A DNA stretch of 64,000 nucleotides from positions 128,001 to 192,000 of the forward strand of contig JAVRCV020000052.1 of assembly GCA_034530615.2 (NCBI GenBank). Reading direction: 5' to 3'. The stretch's first letter is position 1; every line of letters starts with the position of its first letter. This DNA is from Aulosira sp. ZfuVER01 (GTDB lineage: Bacteria > Cyanobacteriota > Cyanobacteriia > Cyanobacteriales > Nostocaceae). Made by a program: the position numbers and the translations under genes. Positions 1 to 8,835 of this stretch are shown piece by piece. The notes beneath the pieces were generated by a model, which saw only the letters and a program-made list of their open reading frames with translations, ran no database searches and had not been told where the DNA came from.

Positions 1-282
1 CGCATTACCTTTATCTACGAATGCTTGCTAGAGTTACCTGTGGAAATTCGGCGTGGTAATGTAGCCCAGGAAATTGTCGCCTTTGCTCAAGAGCATGATG
101 CCGATTTAGTTGTTACCACAGCAAGTCCTAGCCCGCGCTTTGCGAATATCTGCAAGGAAGTTGAATCTGCTTTAGCTATGGAAGTGCTAGAGGTGGAACC
201 GTTTTTTGATTACGACGGCTATATCGATCTGAAGCGGTTCTCTCGCTATTGGAAAGTTGCCGAGAAGTATGTTTTAGAATAA
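1..282 (+). CDS. C-terminal part of a small cyanobacterial protein resembling a stand-alone photolyase N-terminal (HUP-fold) domain; 5' end lies outside the window
   Basis: Frame open from base 1 (RITFIYECLLELPVEIRRG...VTTASPSPRF...RFSRYW); the R-x-x-F-I-Y-E-C-L and final RFSRYW pattern recall photolyase N-terminal-like proteins. Confidence 0.5.
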   Translation, partial: RITFIYECLLELPVEIRRGNVAQEIVAFAQEHDADLVVTTASPSPRFANICKEVESALAMEVLEVEPFFDYDGYIDLKRFSRYWKVAEKYVLE

Positions 283-339
283 GCAGCGATTTCTTTGTGA
301 GGCTGCGCCAAATAGCCTTGACTTCTTTCTCATTTCTTT

Positions 340-381
340 CTTTGTGTCCTACCCTTCGGGAAGCCACTTCGTGTCTATGCG
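340..381. repeat. Small dispersed repeat (SDR-like) nested in a 9-nt tandem repeat, copy 1
   Basis: CTTTGTGTCCTACCCTTCGGGAAGCCACTTCGTGTCTATGCG matches the reverse complement of 27057-27099 at about 38 of 43 positions. Confidence 0.8.
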
Positions 382-399
382 TTCTTTGCGGTTCGTTCC

Positions 400-732
400 T
401 CAATCCAACCTACTCATCTGCTCATTAATGGAGTTCAAAGGCTCATTAACGGAGTAAAAAGCCTCATTAACGGAGCAAAAAGCCTCGTTCACGGAGCTAA
501 AAGCCTCATTAACGGAGCTAAAAGCCTCATTCACGGAGTAAAAAGCCTCGTTCACGGAGTAAAAAGCCTCATTAATGGAGCTAAAAGCTTCATTAACGGA
601 GTAAAAAGCCTCATTAACGGAGCTAAAAGCCTCGTTCACGGAGTAAAAAGCCTCATTAATGGAGCTAAAAGCCTCGTTCACGGAGTAAAAAGCCTCATTA
701 ATGGAGCTAAAAGCCTCATTAACGAATATCAA
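400..732 (-). CDS. Possible heptad-repeat peptide (V/I)NEAF(S/Y/C)S x15; coding status uncertain
   Basis: Open frame through the repeat, but only a TTG start with no clear RBS; the + strand frame is also open. Confidence 0.3.
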   Translation of the reverse strand: MIFVNEAFSSINEAFYSVNEAFSSINEAFYSVNEAFSSVNEAFYSVNEAFSSINEAFYSVNEAFYSVNEAFSSVNEAFSSVNEAFCSVNEAFYSVNEPLNSINEQMSRLD

Positions 733-735
733 AAG
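421..735. repeat. 21-bp tandem repeat, about 15 units, consensus CTC(A/G)TT(A/C)A(C/T)GGAG(TA/CT)AAAAGC
   Basis: Units start every 21 nt from 421 to 715 with no unique spacers. Confidence 0.95.
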
Positions 736-911
736 CTCAACCGCATAACATCTTGTGAAAAAACTATTCTCAGACTCCGGCTAAGAGCAAGAAATATCGT
801 GGCTAGGGACAGAAAATTGTTGTGCTACTAAGTTTGTATCATTATCTCCCTAAGTTTACTGAAAAAATTCCTTATAATCGTTTGTAATGGTCTAATATCG
901 TACTCAACCAC

Positions 912-1367
912 ATGGAACCAATAACCATCGGTGCGATCGCTCTTTTAACTTTAATCGGCAATAAGGTCATCGATTGGTCAACAGAAAAGGCTTTGGATGC
1001 TGGTTTAGACAAAGCCAAGCAAGTTCTTAAAGCTAAATCACCTGAAACAGCCGCCGCTTTAGAAACCGCAGCCGCACAAGCAGCCTTACCACCAGGAGAA
1101 CGAGAATATATTGGTGAAGCTGTGTTGGTAGAAGAGGTAAAAAAAGCAGCAGAAGCAGACTCGGAAATTAAGGAAGCTGTCGAAGCATTAGGAAATCAAG
1201 CCAGTACTGCTGCACAAGCTAACCCAGAACTGGCAAAGGCTATTGCAGAGTTAACCGCTGCTATTAAAGCGCAAAGTCCGACAACGGTAGAAAACTGGCA
1301 AGGTATAAATATCAAAGGTGGCGAGAATAGTATCAGTAATCCCACATTCAACTTTGGCAGCAAATGA
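912..1367 (+). CDS. Small helical protein with a hydrophobic N-terminal helix and a C-terminal putative amyloid signalling motif (Bell/HeLo-like effector candidate)
   Basis: ATG start; N-terminus MEPITIGAIALLTLIG; Ala/Glu/Lys-rich helical body; C-terminus ENWQGINIKGGENSISNPTFNFGSK recurs at the start of the next gene; ATGA overlap with it. Confidence 0.75.
   Translation: MEPITIGAIALLTLIGNKVIDWSTEKALDAGLDKAKQVLKAKSPETAAALETAAAQAALPPGEREYIGEAVLVEEVKKAAEADSEIKEAVEALGNQASTAAQANPELAKAIAELTAAIKAQSPTTVENWQGINIKGGENSISNPTFNFGSK
933..940. repeat. HIP1 octamer GCGATCGC (one example; recurs throughout the window, e.g. 4823-4830)
   Basis: Palindromic octamer seen many times in core genes; an established cyanobacterial genome signature. 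Confidence 0.9.
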
Positions 1368-4300
1368 CCAACGAGAATTGGCAAGGGATAAACATTAAGG
1401 GTGGCGAGACTAACATCAACAACCCAATCATCAATTTTGGGTCATCACAACAGACTTCTCCACCAAATATCCCCAACAATTTAATTTACAAAGGCGCGGT
1501 CGAGTTTGTTGGGCGAGAAAATGAACTTACCGATATCCATCAGAAATTGCAGCAGTCGGCTAACGTAGCAATTTCGGCGGTAGCTGGGATGGGTGGTATC
1601 GGCAAAACAGAACTAGCAACCCAGTACGCATTAAGACATGAAGCTGATTATCCTGGCGGTATCTGCTGGCTAAATGCAAGAGAATCAGAATTAGCAGCTA
1701 GCATTGTGCAATTTTATCTGTTGTACATTGGTCAAGAAATCCCAAAAGAATTGGGGGGAAAACTGCTGAACCTCCAAGAACAAGTACGGTGGTGTTGGCA
1801 GCATTGGCAACCATCTGAGGGTTTGGTGTTGGTAGTATTAGATGATGTCACTAATTTAGAGAATCTGCGAGAATTACAACCAACAACCAACCGCTTCCGG
1901 GTACTCATCACCACCCGCTTACGCAATCTCAACCGCAATTTTGTCAAGGAAATTTCCTTAGATGTACTCCCGGAAATCAAAGCTTTAGAACTGCTAACAG
2001 CTTTTGTAGGTGAAAAGCGAATACAACGGGAAGAAACAACAGCTAAACAATTGTGTCAATGGCTGGGATATTTACCCTTGGGGTTGGAATTAGTCGGACA
2101 GTATTTAGCTGAAGATCCAGATTTATCCTTAGCAGAAATGTTGGAACGGCTGAAAGTGCAACGCATAGAGGATGAAGCACTAGAACGGAGACAGCCAACC
2201 CTGAGTGCAGCACAGCTGGGAGTGAAAGCCGCCTTTGAATTAAGCTGGCGAGAACTGGATGAAAAAACTCAGCTTGTAGGTGCGTTGTTGAGTTTATTTG
2301 CTCCTGATGTTATACCTTGGCAATTGGCAGAGGCTACCAGTGAGTTGCTGAATTGGGCAAAGGCAGATGTAACGGAAGCGAGAAAGCAACTCTACAAACG
2401 CCATCTCATTCAAAGATTAGAAGATACAAACGCTTGTTATCAAATTCATCCATTAATTCGACAATTTCTCCAAGGAAAATTTGGACAAATTCCTCTCATT
2501 ACTGGCAAGGAAGAGTTAGGAATGGAATTCAAACAAGCTTTTGCAACTGCGATGGTAGCAAAGGCAAAAGAAATTCCTAAAACTCCCACCCGTGAATTTA
2601 TTGAGTCAATACAAGGTACTATTCCCCATGTCCAAGAAGTTGCCCAGAACTTAATTCATGCCGTCAAGGATGAAGATTTAACTTGGGTATTTGTTGGCTT
2701 GGGTAATTTTTATGAAGGACAGGGTTTGTATGCGTTAGCAGAACCTTGGCGTATACAATGTTTATCAACAGTCAAAACTCGTTTGGGAGAAGAACATCCC
2801 GAAGTTGCTACCAGCCTCAACAACTTGGCTAATCTCTACGAATCCCAAGGAAATTACACCGCAGCCGAACCCTTGTTTCAGCAAGCTTTGGCAATGAGAA
2901 AACGCCTGCTGGGAGAAGAACATCCCAACATTGCCCAAAGCCTCAACAACTTGGCTAATGTCTACGAATCCCAAGGAAATTACACTGTAGCTAAACCCTT
3001 GTATCAGCAAGCTTTGGCAATGTATAAACGCCTGCTGGGAGATGAACATCCCCACGTCGCCACCAGCCTCAGCAACTTGGCTAATGTCTACTATTTCCAA
3101 GGAAATTATACTGTAGCTAAACCCTTGTATCAGCAAGCTTTGGCAATGAGAAAACGCCTGCTGGGAGATCAACATCCCGACATCGCCACCAGCCTCAGCA
3201 ACTTGGCTAATCTCTACTATTCCCAAGGAAGGTACTCCGAAGCCGAACCTTTGCATCAGCAAGCTTTGGCAATGAGAAAACGCCTGCTGGGAGATCAACA
3301 TCCCGACACCGCTACAAGCCTTATCGACTTGGCTGATCTCTACTCTTCCCAAGGAAATTACACCGCAGCCGAACCCTTGTATCAGCAAGCTTTGGCAATG
3401 CATAAACATCTGCTGGGAGATGAACATCCCCACGTCGCCATTAGCCTCAACAGCTTGGCTAATCTCTACTCTTCCCAAGGAAATTACACCGCAGCCGAAC
3501 CCTTGTATCAGCAAGCTTTGGCAATGCATAAACATCTGCTGGGAGATGAACATCCCCGAGTCGCCACCAGCCTCAACAACTTGGCTAATCTCTACTATTC
3601 CCAAGGAAGGTATGCCGATGCCGAACCCTTATATCAGCAAGCTTTGGCAATGAGAAAACGGCTGCTGGGAAATGAACATCCCCGAGTCGCCACCAGCCTC
3701 AACAACTTGGCTAATCTCTACAAATCCCAAGGAAATTACACCGCAGCTGAACCTTTGTATCTGCAAGCTTTGGCAATGAGTAAACGCCTGCTGGGAGATG
3801 AACATCCCGATGTTGCCGCCAGCCTCAACAACTTGGCTTTACTCTACTCTTCCCAAGGAAATTACACCGCAGCCGAACCCTTGTATCAGCAAGCTTTGGC
3901 AATGCATAAACATCTGCTGGGAGATGAACATCCCCACGTCGCCATCAGCCTTAATAACTTGGCTTTACTCTACTCTTCCCAAGGAAATTACACCGCAGCT
4001 GAACCTTTGTATCTGCAAGCTTTGGCAATGAGTAAACGCCTGCTGGGAGATGAACATCCCGACATCGCCACCAGCCTTAACAACTTGGCTTATCTCTACT
4101 CTTCCCAAGGAAATTACACCGCAGCTGAACCTTTGTATCTGCAAGCTTTGGCAATGAGTAAACGCCTGCTGGGAGATGAACATCCCGATGTTGCCGCCAG
4201 CCTCAACAACTTGGCTTTACTCTACTCTTCCCAAGGAAATTACACCGCAGCCGAACCCTTGTATCAGCAAGCTTTGGCAATGCATAAACATCTGCTGGGA

Positions 4301-4492
4301 GATGAACATCCCCACGTCGCCATCAGCCTCAACGACTTGGCTTTACTCTACTATTCCCAAGGAAATTACGCCGCCGCCGCACCCTTGTATCTGCAAGCTT
4401 TGGCAATTTTTGAGCAAAAATTAGGTGTCGATCATCCTCGTACAGTTAAGTGTCGTCAAAATCTTGAACTTCTTCATGCTGCTAACTCTTAA
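1364..4492 (+). CDS. NLR-like STAND protein: N-terminal shared motif + NB-ARC + 13 TPR repeats of 42 aa
   Basis: FVGRE, Walker A GMGGIGKT, Walker B LVLVVLDDV, LITTR, GYLPLGL, MHD-equivalent YQIHPLIR; kinesin-light-chain-type TPRs (HPxxAxSLNNLAxLYxSQGxY). Confidence 0.93.
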   Translation: MTNENWQGINIKGGETNINNPIINFGSSQQTSPPNIPNNLIYKGAVEFVGRENELTDIHQKLQQSANVAISAVAGMGGIGKTELATQYALRHEADYPGGICWLNARESELAASIVQFYLLYIGQEIPKELGGKLLNLQEQVRWCWQHWQPSEGLVLVVLDDVTNLENLRELQPTTNRFRVLITTRLRNLNRNFVKEISLDVLPEIKALELLTAFVGEKRIQREETTAKQLCQWLGYLPLGLELVGQYLAEDPDLSLAEMLERLKVQRIEDEALERRQPTLSAAQLGVKAAFELSWRELDEKTQLVGALLSLFAPDVIPWQLAEATSELLNWAKADVTEARKQLYKRHLIQRLEDTNACYQIHPLIRQFLQGKFGQIPLITGKEELGMEFKQAFATAMVAKAKEIPKTPTREFIESIQGTIPHVQEVAQNLIHAVKDEDLTWVFVGLGNFYEGQGLYALAEPWRIQCLSTVKTRLGEEHPEVATSLNNLANLYESQGNYTAAEPLFQQALAMRKRLLGEEHPNIAQSLNNLANVYESQGNYTVAKPLYQQALAMYKRLLGDEHPHVATSLSNLANVYYFQGNYTVAKPLYQQALAMRKRLLGDQHPDIATSLSNLANLYYSQGRYSEAEPLHQQALAMRKRLLGDQHPDTATSLIDLADLYSSQGNYTAAEPLYQQALAMHKHLLGDEHPHVAISLNSLANLYSSQGNYTAAEPLYQQALAMHKHLLGDEHPRVATSLNNLANLYYSQGRYADAEPLYQQALAMRKRLLGNEHPRVATSLNNLANLYKSQGNYTAAEPLYLQALAMSKRLLGDEHPDVAASLNNLALLYSSQGNYTAAEPLYQQALAMHKHLLGDEHPHVAISLNNLALLYSSQGNYTAAEPLYLQALAMSKRLLGDEHPDIATSLNNLAYLYSSQGNYTAAEPLYLQALAMSKRLLGDEHPDVAASLNNLALLYSSQGNYTAAEPLYQQALAMHKHLLGDEHPHVAISLNDLALLYYSQGNYAAAAPLYLQALAIFEQKLGVDHPRTVKCRQNLELLHAANS
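2789..4426 (+). repeat. 13 x 126-bp tandem repeats encoding the TPR array
   Basis: Exact 126-nt periodicity; units 9 (from 3797) and 12 (from 4175) read identically at nucleotide level. Confidence 0.95.
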
Positions 4493-4573
4493 CTCTTTAC
4501 TTTGGCTTTCGGTAGCAGACAGCGATCAAATAATTGCACAATAAAAGTAGTTCGTCATAGTTACTACTTAGAA

Positions 4574-5968
4574 ATGCCGACTAAACTAGCAGATGCACAA
4601 AATTTACTTTCCGATCTAATTGCCCGCTACTCATCTCGTGTAGATTATTTGATGATTCGCCTGGAAGAAGCCGAAGGTACTGATATCTTGTTGCGTGGTG
4701 ACAAGGTAGAAACCCTCAGCGAAGGTATCTCAATGGGCGGACATATTCGCGCTTGTTATAAAGGCGGGTGGGGCTTAAGCTGCTTTAATCGGCTTTCGAC
4801 AATTCAAGAACGGATCGAAGAAGCGATCGCAGCTGCGCGCATGGTAGGTGATGAAGAGACTGTACTAGCTCCAATTGACCCAGTGCAAGCAGTATGCAGT
4901 CTACCCCTCACAGGAACCGATCCGCGCAAAATTTCGTTGAGTCAGAAAAAAGAATTATGCGATCGCTATTCCGATCTACTCAAAAGCGTTGATTCCCGAA
5001 TTACTACAACTTCAGTCCGCTACGGTGATACTGCCCAAAAAATTATTCTTGCCACCTCAGATGGTACATTCATTGAACAATCTTGGGTGGACATGGAAAT
5101 GCGCTTCGCTGCTACTGCGAGAAACGGCGAAACTGTCCAAACCGGCAGAGAAACCACCGGTTCACGCAAAGCCTACGAAGATTTAACCAAATTAGACGAA
5201 CAAGTTAAGAGTGCTTCTCAAAGAGCGATCGCAGCTTTATCTCTACCATCAGTAAAAGGTAATACTTATACCGTCGTAATTGACCCTATACTTACTGGTT
5301 TATTTGTTCACGAAGCCTTTGGACATCTGTCTGAAGCTGATATGGCTTACGAAAACCCGGATATTTTAGAAGTCATGACCATTGGACGGCGATTTGGCCC
5401 AGAAGAACTGCAAATTTTTGATGGTGCTGCGCCCGAAGGACATCGCGGTAGTTATTTTTACGACGATGAAGGCACACCTGCCACAACAACCCAACTAATT
5501 AAAGATGGAGTTTTGGTAGGACGTTTGCATTCCCGTGAAACCGCAGGCAAATTGGATGAAGCACCCACAGGCAATGCCCGTTGCCTTAATTATCACTTCA
5601 CTCCCATTGTACGGATGACAAATACCTGGATTGAAAGAGGTAAAACACCAGTTGCAGACTTATTTAGCCATATCAAAGAAGGCGTATATGCCCGTAATTG
5701 GCTAGGTGGAATGACCAATGGGGAAATGTTTACCTTTAGCGCCGGGGAAGCATGGATGATTAGAAACGGCAAAATCGCTGAACCTGTCAGAGATGTCACC
5801 CTTTCTGGTAACGTTTTCCAAACCTTAGCAGATATTGAAGCAATTGGTGATGACTTTTACTGGGATGAATCTGGCGGTTGTGGTAAAGGTGGACAAAATG
5901 GCTTACCTGTAGGTTGTGGCGGCCCCAGCCTGCGAATTCGAGATGTAGTAGTTGGCGGTGAAACTTAA
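4574..5968 (+). CDS. tldD: TldD/PmbA family metalloprotease (TldD-type)
   Basis: HExxGH motif (FVHEAFGHLSEAD), DDEG, RMTNT, C-terminal GGCGKGGQ; ATG at 4574 preferred over TTG at 4502. Confidence 0.9.
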   Translation: MPTKLADAQNLLSDLIARYSSRVDYLMIRLEEAEGTDILLRGDKVETLSEGISMGGHIRACYKGGWGLSCFNRLSTIQERIEEAIAAARMVGDEETVLAPIDPVQAVCSLPLTGTDPRKISLSQKKELCDRYSDLLKSVDSRITTTSVRYGDTAQKIILATSDGTFIEQSWVDMEMRFAATARNGETVQTGRETTGSRKAYEDLTKLDEQVKSASQRAIAALSLPSVKGNTYTVVIDPILTGLFVHEAFGHLSEADMAYENPDILEVMTIGRRFGPEELQIFDGAAPEGHRGSYFYDDEGTPATTTQLIKDGVLVGRLHSRETAGKLDEAPTGNARCLNYHFTPIVRMTNTWIERGKTPVADLFSHIKEGVYARNWLGGMTNGEMFTFSAGEAWMIRNGKIAEPVRDVTLSGNVFQTLADIEAIGDDFYWDESGGCGKGGQNGLPVGCGGPSLRIRDVVVGGET

Positions 5969-6331
5969 AAAATTCGTAATTCAACACGTTTCAGTCAGGG
6001 TCTAAATCTTGTTCTGAAACTTAAGCTAAGTGTAGCCAAAAGGCAATTCCCATCATAATCAAAAGGTGACGAATCTGCCTGTACCAATCAGCAATCTGTA
6101 GGCTATGCTTTTAAGCATAGGGCAAACACATATTTTTTAGCTGTTCAAAACATGAAGAACAGTTAGAGTAATTTGCATGACATGATGCTCAGAAAAATTT
6201 TGTGACATTGGTCATGCTTTGCGTAAATCCTGTTGTATTTTTATCGGCAATCAGCTAACAGAGGGGAAATTTACAATCACAAGGCTTTTGCCCTGCTGTT
6301 AAACAGGATTGACTTGAGAGGTATTTCATCA

Positions 6332-7732
6332 ATGAATAAAACTTCCCAGACGCAAAGCAGCGCCAGTATTTCCCTATTGGGCAGAATCAATTTAAAAGTT
6401 ACAAAAAAGAAAATTTTATTCACTTCCCTTGTCTTATTTGTGGCTTTACTCAGTGTGGGTGGTGTGTGGTTTTCTAGCAGGTATAAGTTTGCTAATAAAA
6501 TGGCAATCAAACTACAAGAACTATCTAATGCTGAGTATCCTGCTAATCCGGCTCTATTAAGTAAAAACTTCCAAAGATATTCTAGCCGTAAATTAACCAT
6601 TATCAAGAGAGATGCTACTCACTTTGATTTTGTGTTAGAGCCAACAAACACAAAAACAGCAAAAATAGTCATCAAAAATGTTGATCTAAAATTATTAGTA
6701 CCTAAAGTACCAGAATGGGTTAAAAAAGACAAAGATTTAGAATTAATTGCTTTTGTCGAACGGGAATGGAACAGACAGCAAGTAAGTTTTCCGGCTAACT
6801 CAGAAAATATAGAAATTAGTGGCGGTGATGGTTTTGAAAAGCAAAATCTCTATGAAATTGCTTTAAGCAACAATTGCTTAAATGCAGGATTTTGGGAAAT
6901 TGCACTTTTTACTAAAGAGGATGGCAATAAATCTCTTTATTATCAAACTTGGTTTACCTTCCCCATAGGACATTACAAAAATATCTTTGAAAAGATTAAT
7001 AAAATATCTTATTGGCAGTATTGGTGGAGATTAGAACACTGGCAAGAACCCAGTGATTCTATTATGAGAAATAATCTGCTAAGAAATATAATCGATCAAA
7101 AAGAAGCTCCCGTTAATTTTCCTCTAGATGAAAGAATAATTGCATCCGGAGAACAGAGTAGAAAAATCAGAACTACCTTAACGAAAAACCTCACAACTTG
7201 GAGAGATTTTTACAGCAATAAACAAGAAATTAAATTTGCGGCTTTTCAACCACCAGGATTTTATAACCCTGACCAAATTTGGAATACTCAATACTGGAGA
7301 ATAGGTAAATTTGAAAAAGCTATTTTGAAAAACATTAAGCCTGTGAATAATGACACAACCTTACAGGAAATTGAGTTATTATTCACTGATACTAAGACTG
7401 GTGAAAAAAATAGATTATTTATCAGTGGTATTAATTTCAAAGATTTGCCTAGTTTGGCTATTTCAGATTATGCTAAGGGCTTAACTATGCCTCTAGGAAT
7501 TGGGGTTCCGCCATTTTTGCAAAGCTACGAAGAATTAAACAAGAATCATCCAGATGAAAGCCCTTACTTTAGTTTCTTGCTAGATTCTCAAGATAGATGG
7601 ATCAATCATCACCAATTAGGAGTTGATGGTTCAATCATGCATCTGGATAAGAACAACCCCAATCTTTTGCATCTTTACTTACTTTCTTATGAACGAAATA
7701 CTTTAATTGCTCATTTTTTGGTGAATCTATAG
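6332..7732 (+). CDS. Hypothetical protein with an N-terminal membrane anchor
   Basis: Long AT-rich ORF; ATG 6332 preceded by GAGAGG; hydrophobic segment ILFTSLVLFVALLSVGGVWF; no family recognised. Confidence 0.75.
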   Translation: MNKTSQTQSSASISLLGRINLKVTKKKILFTSLVLFVALLSVGGVWFSSRYKFANKMAIKLQELSNAEYPANPALLSKNFQRYSSRKLTIIKRDATHFDFVLEPTNTKTAKIVIKNVDLKLLVPKVPEWVKKDKDLELIAFVEREWNRQQVSFPANSENIEISGGDGFEKQNLYEIALSNNCLNAGFWEIALFTKEDGNKSLYYQTWFTFPIGHYKNIFEKINKISYWQYWWRLEHWQEPSDSIMRNNLLRNIIDQKEAPVNFPLDERIIASGEQSRKIRTTLTKNLTTWRDFYSNKQEIKFAAFQPPGFYNPDQIWNTQYWRIGKFEKAILKNIKPVNNDTTLQEIELLFTDTKTGEKNRLFISGINFKDLPSLAISDYAKGLTMPLGIGVPPFLQSYEELNKNHPDESPYFSFLLDSQDRWINHHQLGVDGSIMHLDKNNPNLLHLYLLSYERNTLIAHFLVNL

Positions 7733-7758
7733 CAATCTTAAATCATTAATTGTAAACA

Positions 7759-7791
7759 ATATCCCCGAATTCTCAAAGAATTCGGGGATAT
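7759..7791. terminator. Perfect 14-bp hairpin between convergent genes (terminator or dispersed palindromic repeat)
   Basis: ATATCCCCGAATTC-TCAAA-GAATTCGGGGATAT. Confidence 0.6.
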
Positions 7792-7822
7792 GTAGCTTGC
7801 ATACACAGTTTATGATGGCTAC

Positions 7823-8149
7823 TTAGTCAACTCTTACTTGCTTCAGTAAAGCAATCCACATATCTGATGGATTTGAATAGTAATCAATTTCTTCAACTTG
7901 ATACCGATAATTTTGATAGCCATGTTGCAAAATAATATAGTCACGGGGTTTAATACCTTTTCCTGTTCCGGTCATGTAACCCCCCAAGCCTCCTTGTCGC
8001 GTTTCAAATATGTAGTCTTTGCCTCGCATTAATTGGCTATAATCGTGTATTTTATGCTTTTGTTGTGTTTCATTTAATATAACGAGCATTGGCAAGAACC
8101 CACTAAATAAACTAAAGCTAAAATTAATACCTGTTCTAGGAATAGACAT
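7823..8149 (-). CDS. Small hypothetical cyanobacterial protein
   Basis: 108-aa ORF with ATG; globular C-terminal part (HDYSQLMRGKDY...YQVEEIDYYSNPSDMWIALL). Confidence 0.65.
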   Translation of the reverse strand: MSIPRTGINFSFSLFSGFLPMLVILNETQQKHKIHDYSQLMRGKDYIFETRQGGLGGYMTGTGKGIKPRDYIILQHGYQNYRYQVEEIDYYSNPSDMWIALLKQVRVD

Positions 8150-8835
8150 AGTGAGTTTTCCAAAAGATTATGTTTACAAAAAGAGTTTTAGCTAGATGAG
8201 TATTAGGTTTTTCCAAAAACTAAGCGAGAAAAATGTTGTGTAAATTGTAATTAGAAAATAACCTTACAAGATTGTACTCTGGATATGAGTCTAACTAATT
8301 ACAAGCCACTGCACTTATATGTGCAAAAATTTAACCAATACAGTTCAGTTAATTCTGCTTATTCTTCAGATAATACTGAACCCTATTGAATTTATGGAAT
8401 ATATAACCCAAGTCTTATCTGCACCCTATTGCAACATAAACTCAAAAATTATTAGCAGTTCTCTGAGAACATACTCAAAAACGATCCCACGATCAGTATT
8501 TATAATTGGGAATCATTTTTTTAAAACTAATTAGATAAAAATCTTTCAAATTGTTACTACATAAAATTTCTATGGTTTCTCATGCCAGATAAATAATGAA
8601 AATAGAAGTAGCAAAGCTATTACTAGCTAACTATAGTGCCCTCAAGATTAAATGTGAGCCTAATAATCAGTTTACAGTAATAGCGATCTTAGCGTCTACT
8701 GTAAAATTACCAAAATATTATGTGCAGTATATCCATATATAGGCTTCTATCCTCGACATAGGTATACACATTAATCTATCAATATCTGATGTCCTGGCAA
8801 CATCACTAAGATGTATTTTAAACAACAAAAATGCT

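Noticed and set aside
421..735. Possible CRISPR array
   Set aside because: The units abut directly with no unique spacers, and there are no cas genes in the window; it is a simple tandem repeat.
2765..4424. Long alternative-frame and antisense ORFs over the TPR array (2765-3604 -, 3420-3653 +, 3798-4031 +, 4176-4424 +)
   Set aside because: Shadow ORFs created by the stop-poor 126-bp periodic sequence of the real NLR gene.
8319..8534. 71-aa ORF in an AT-rich gap
   Set aside because: No RBS or recognisable motif; the composition looks like translated intergenic DNA.
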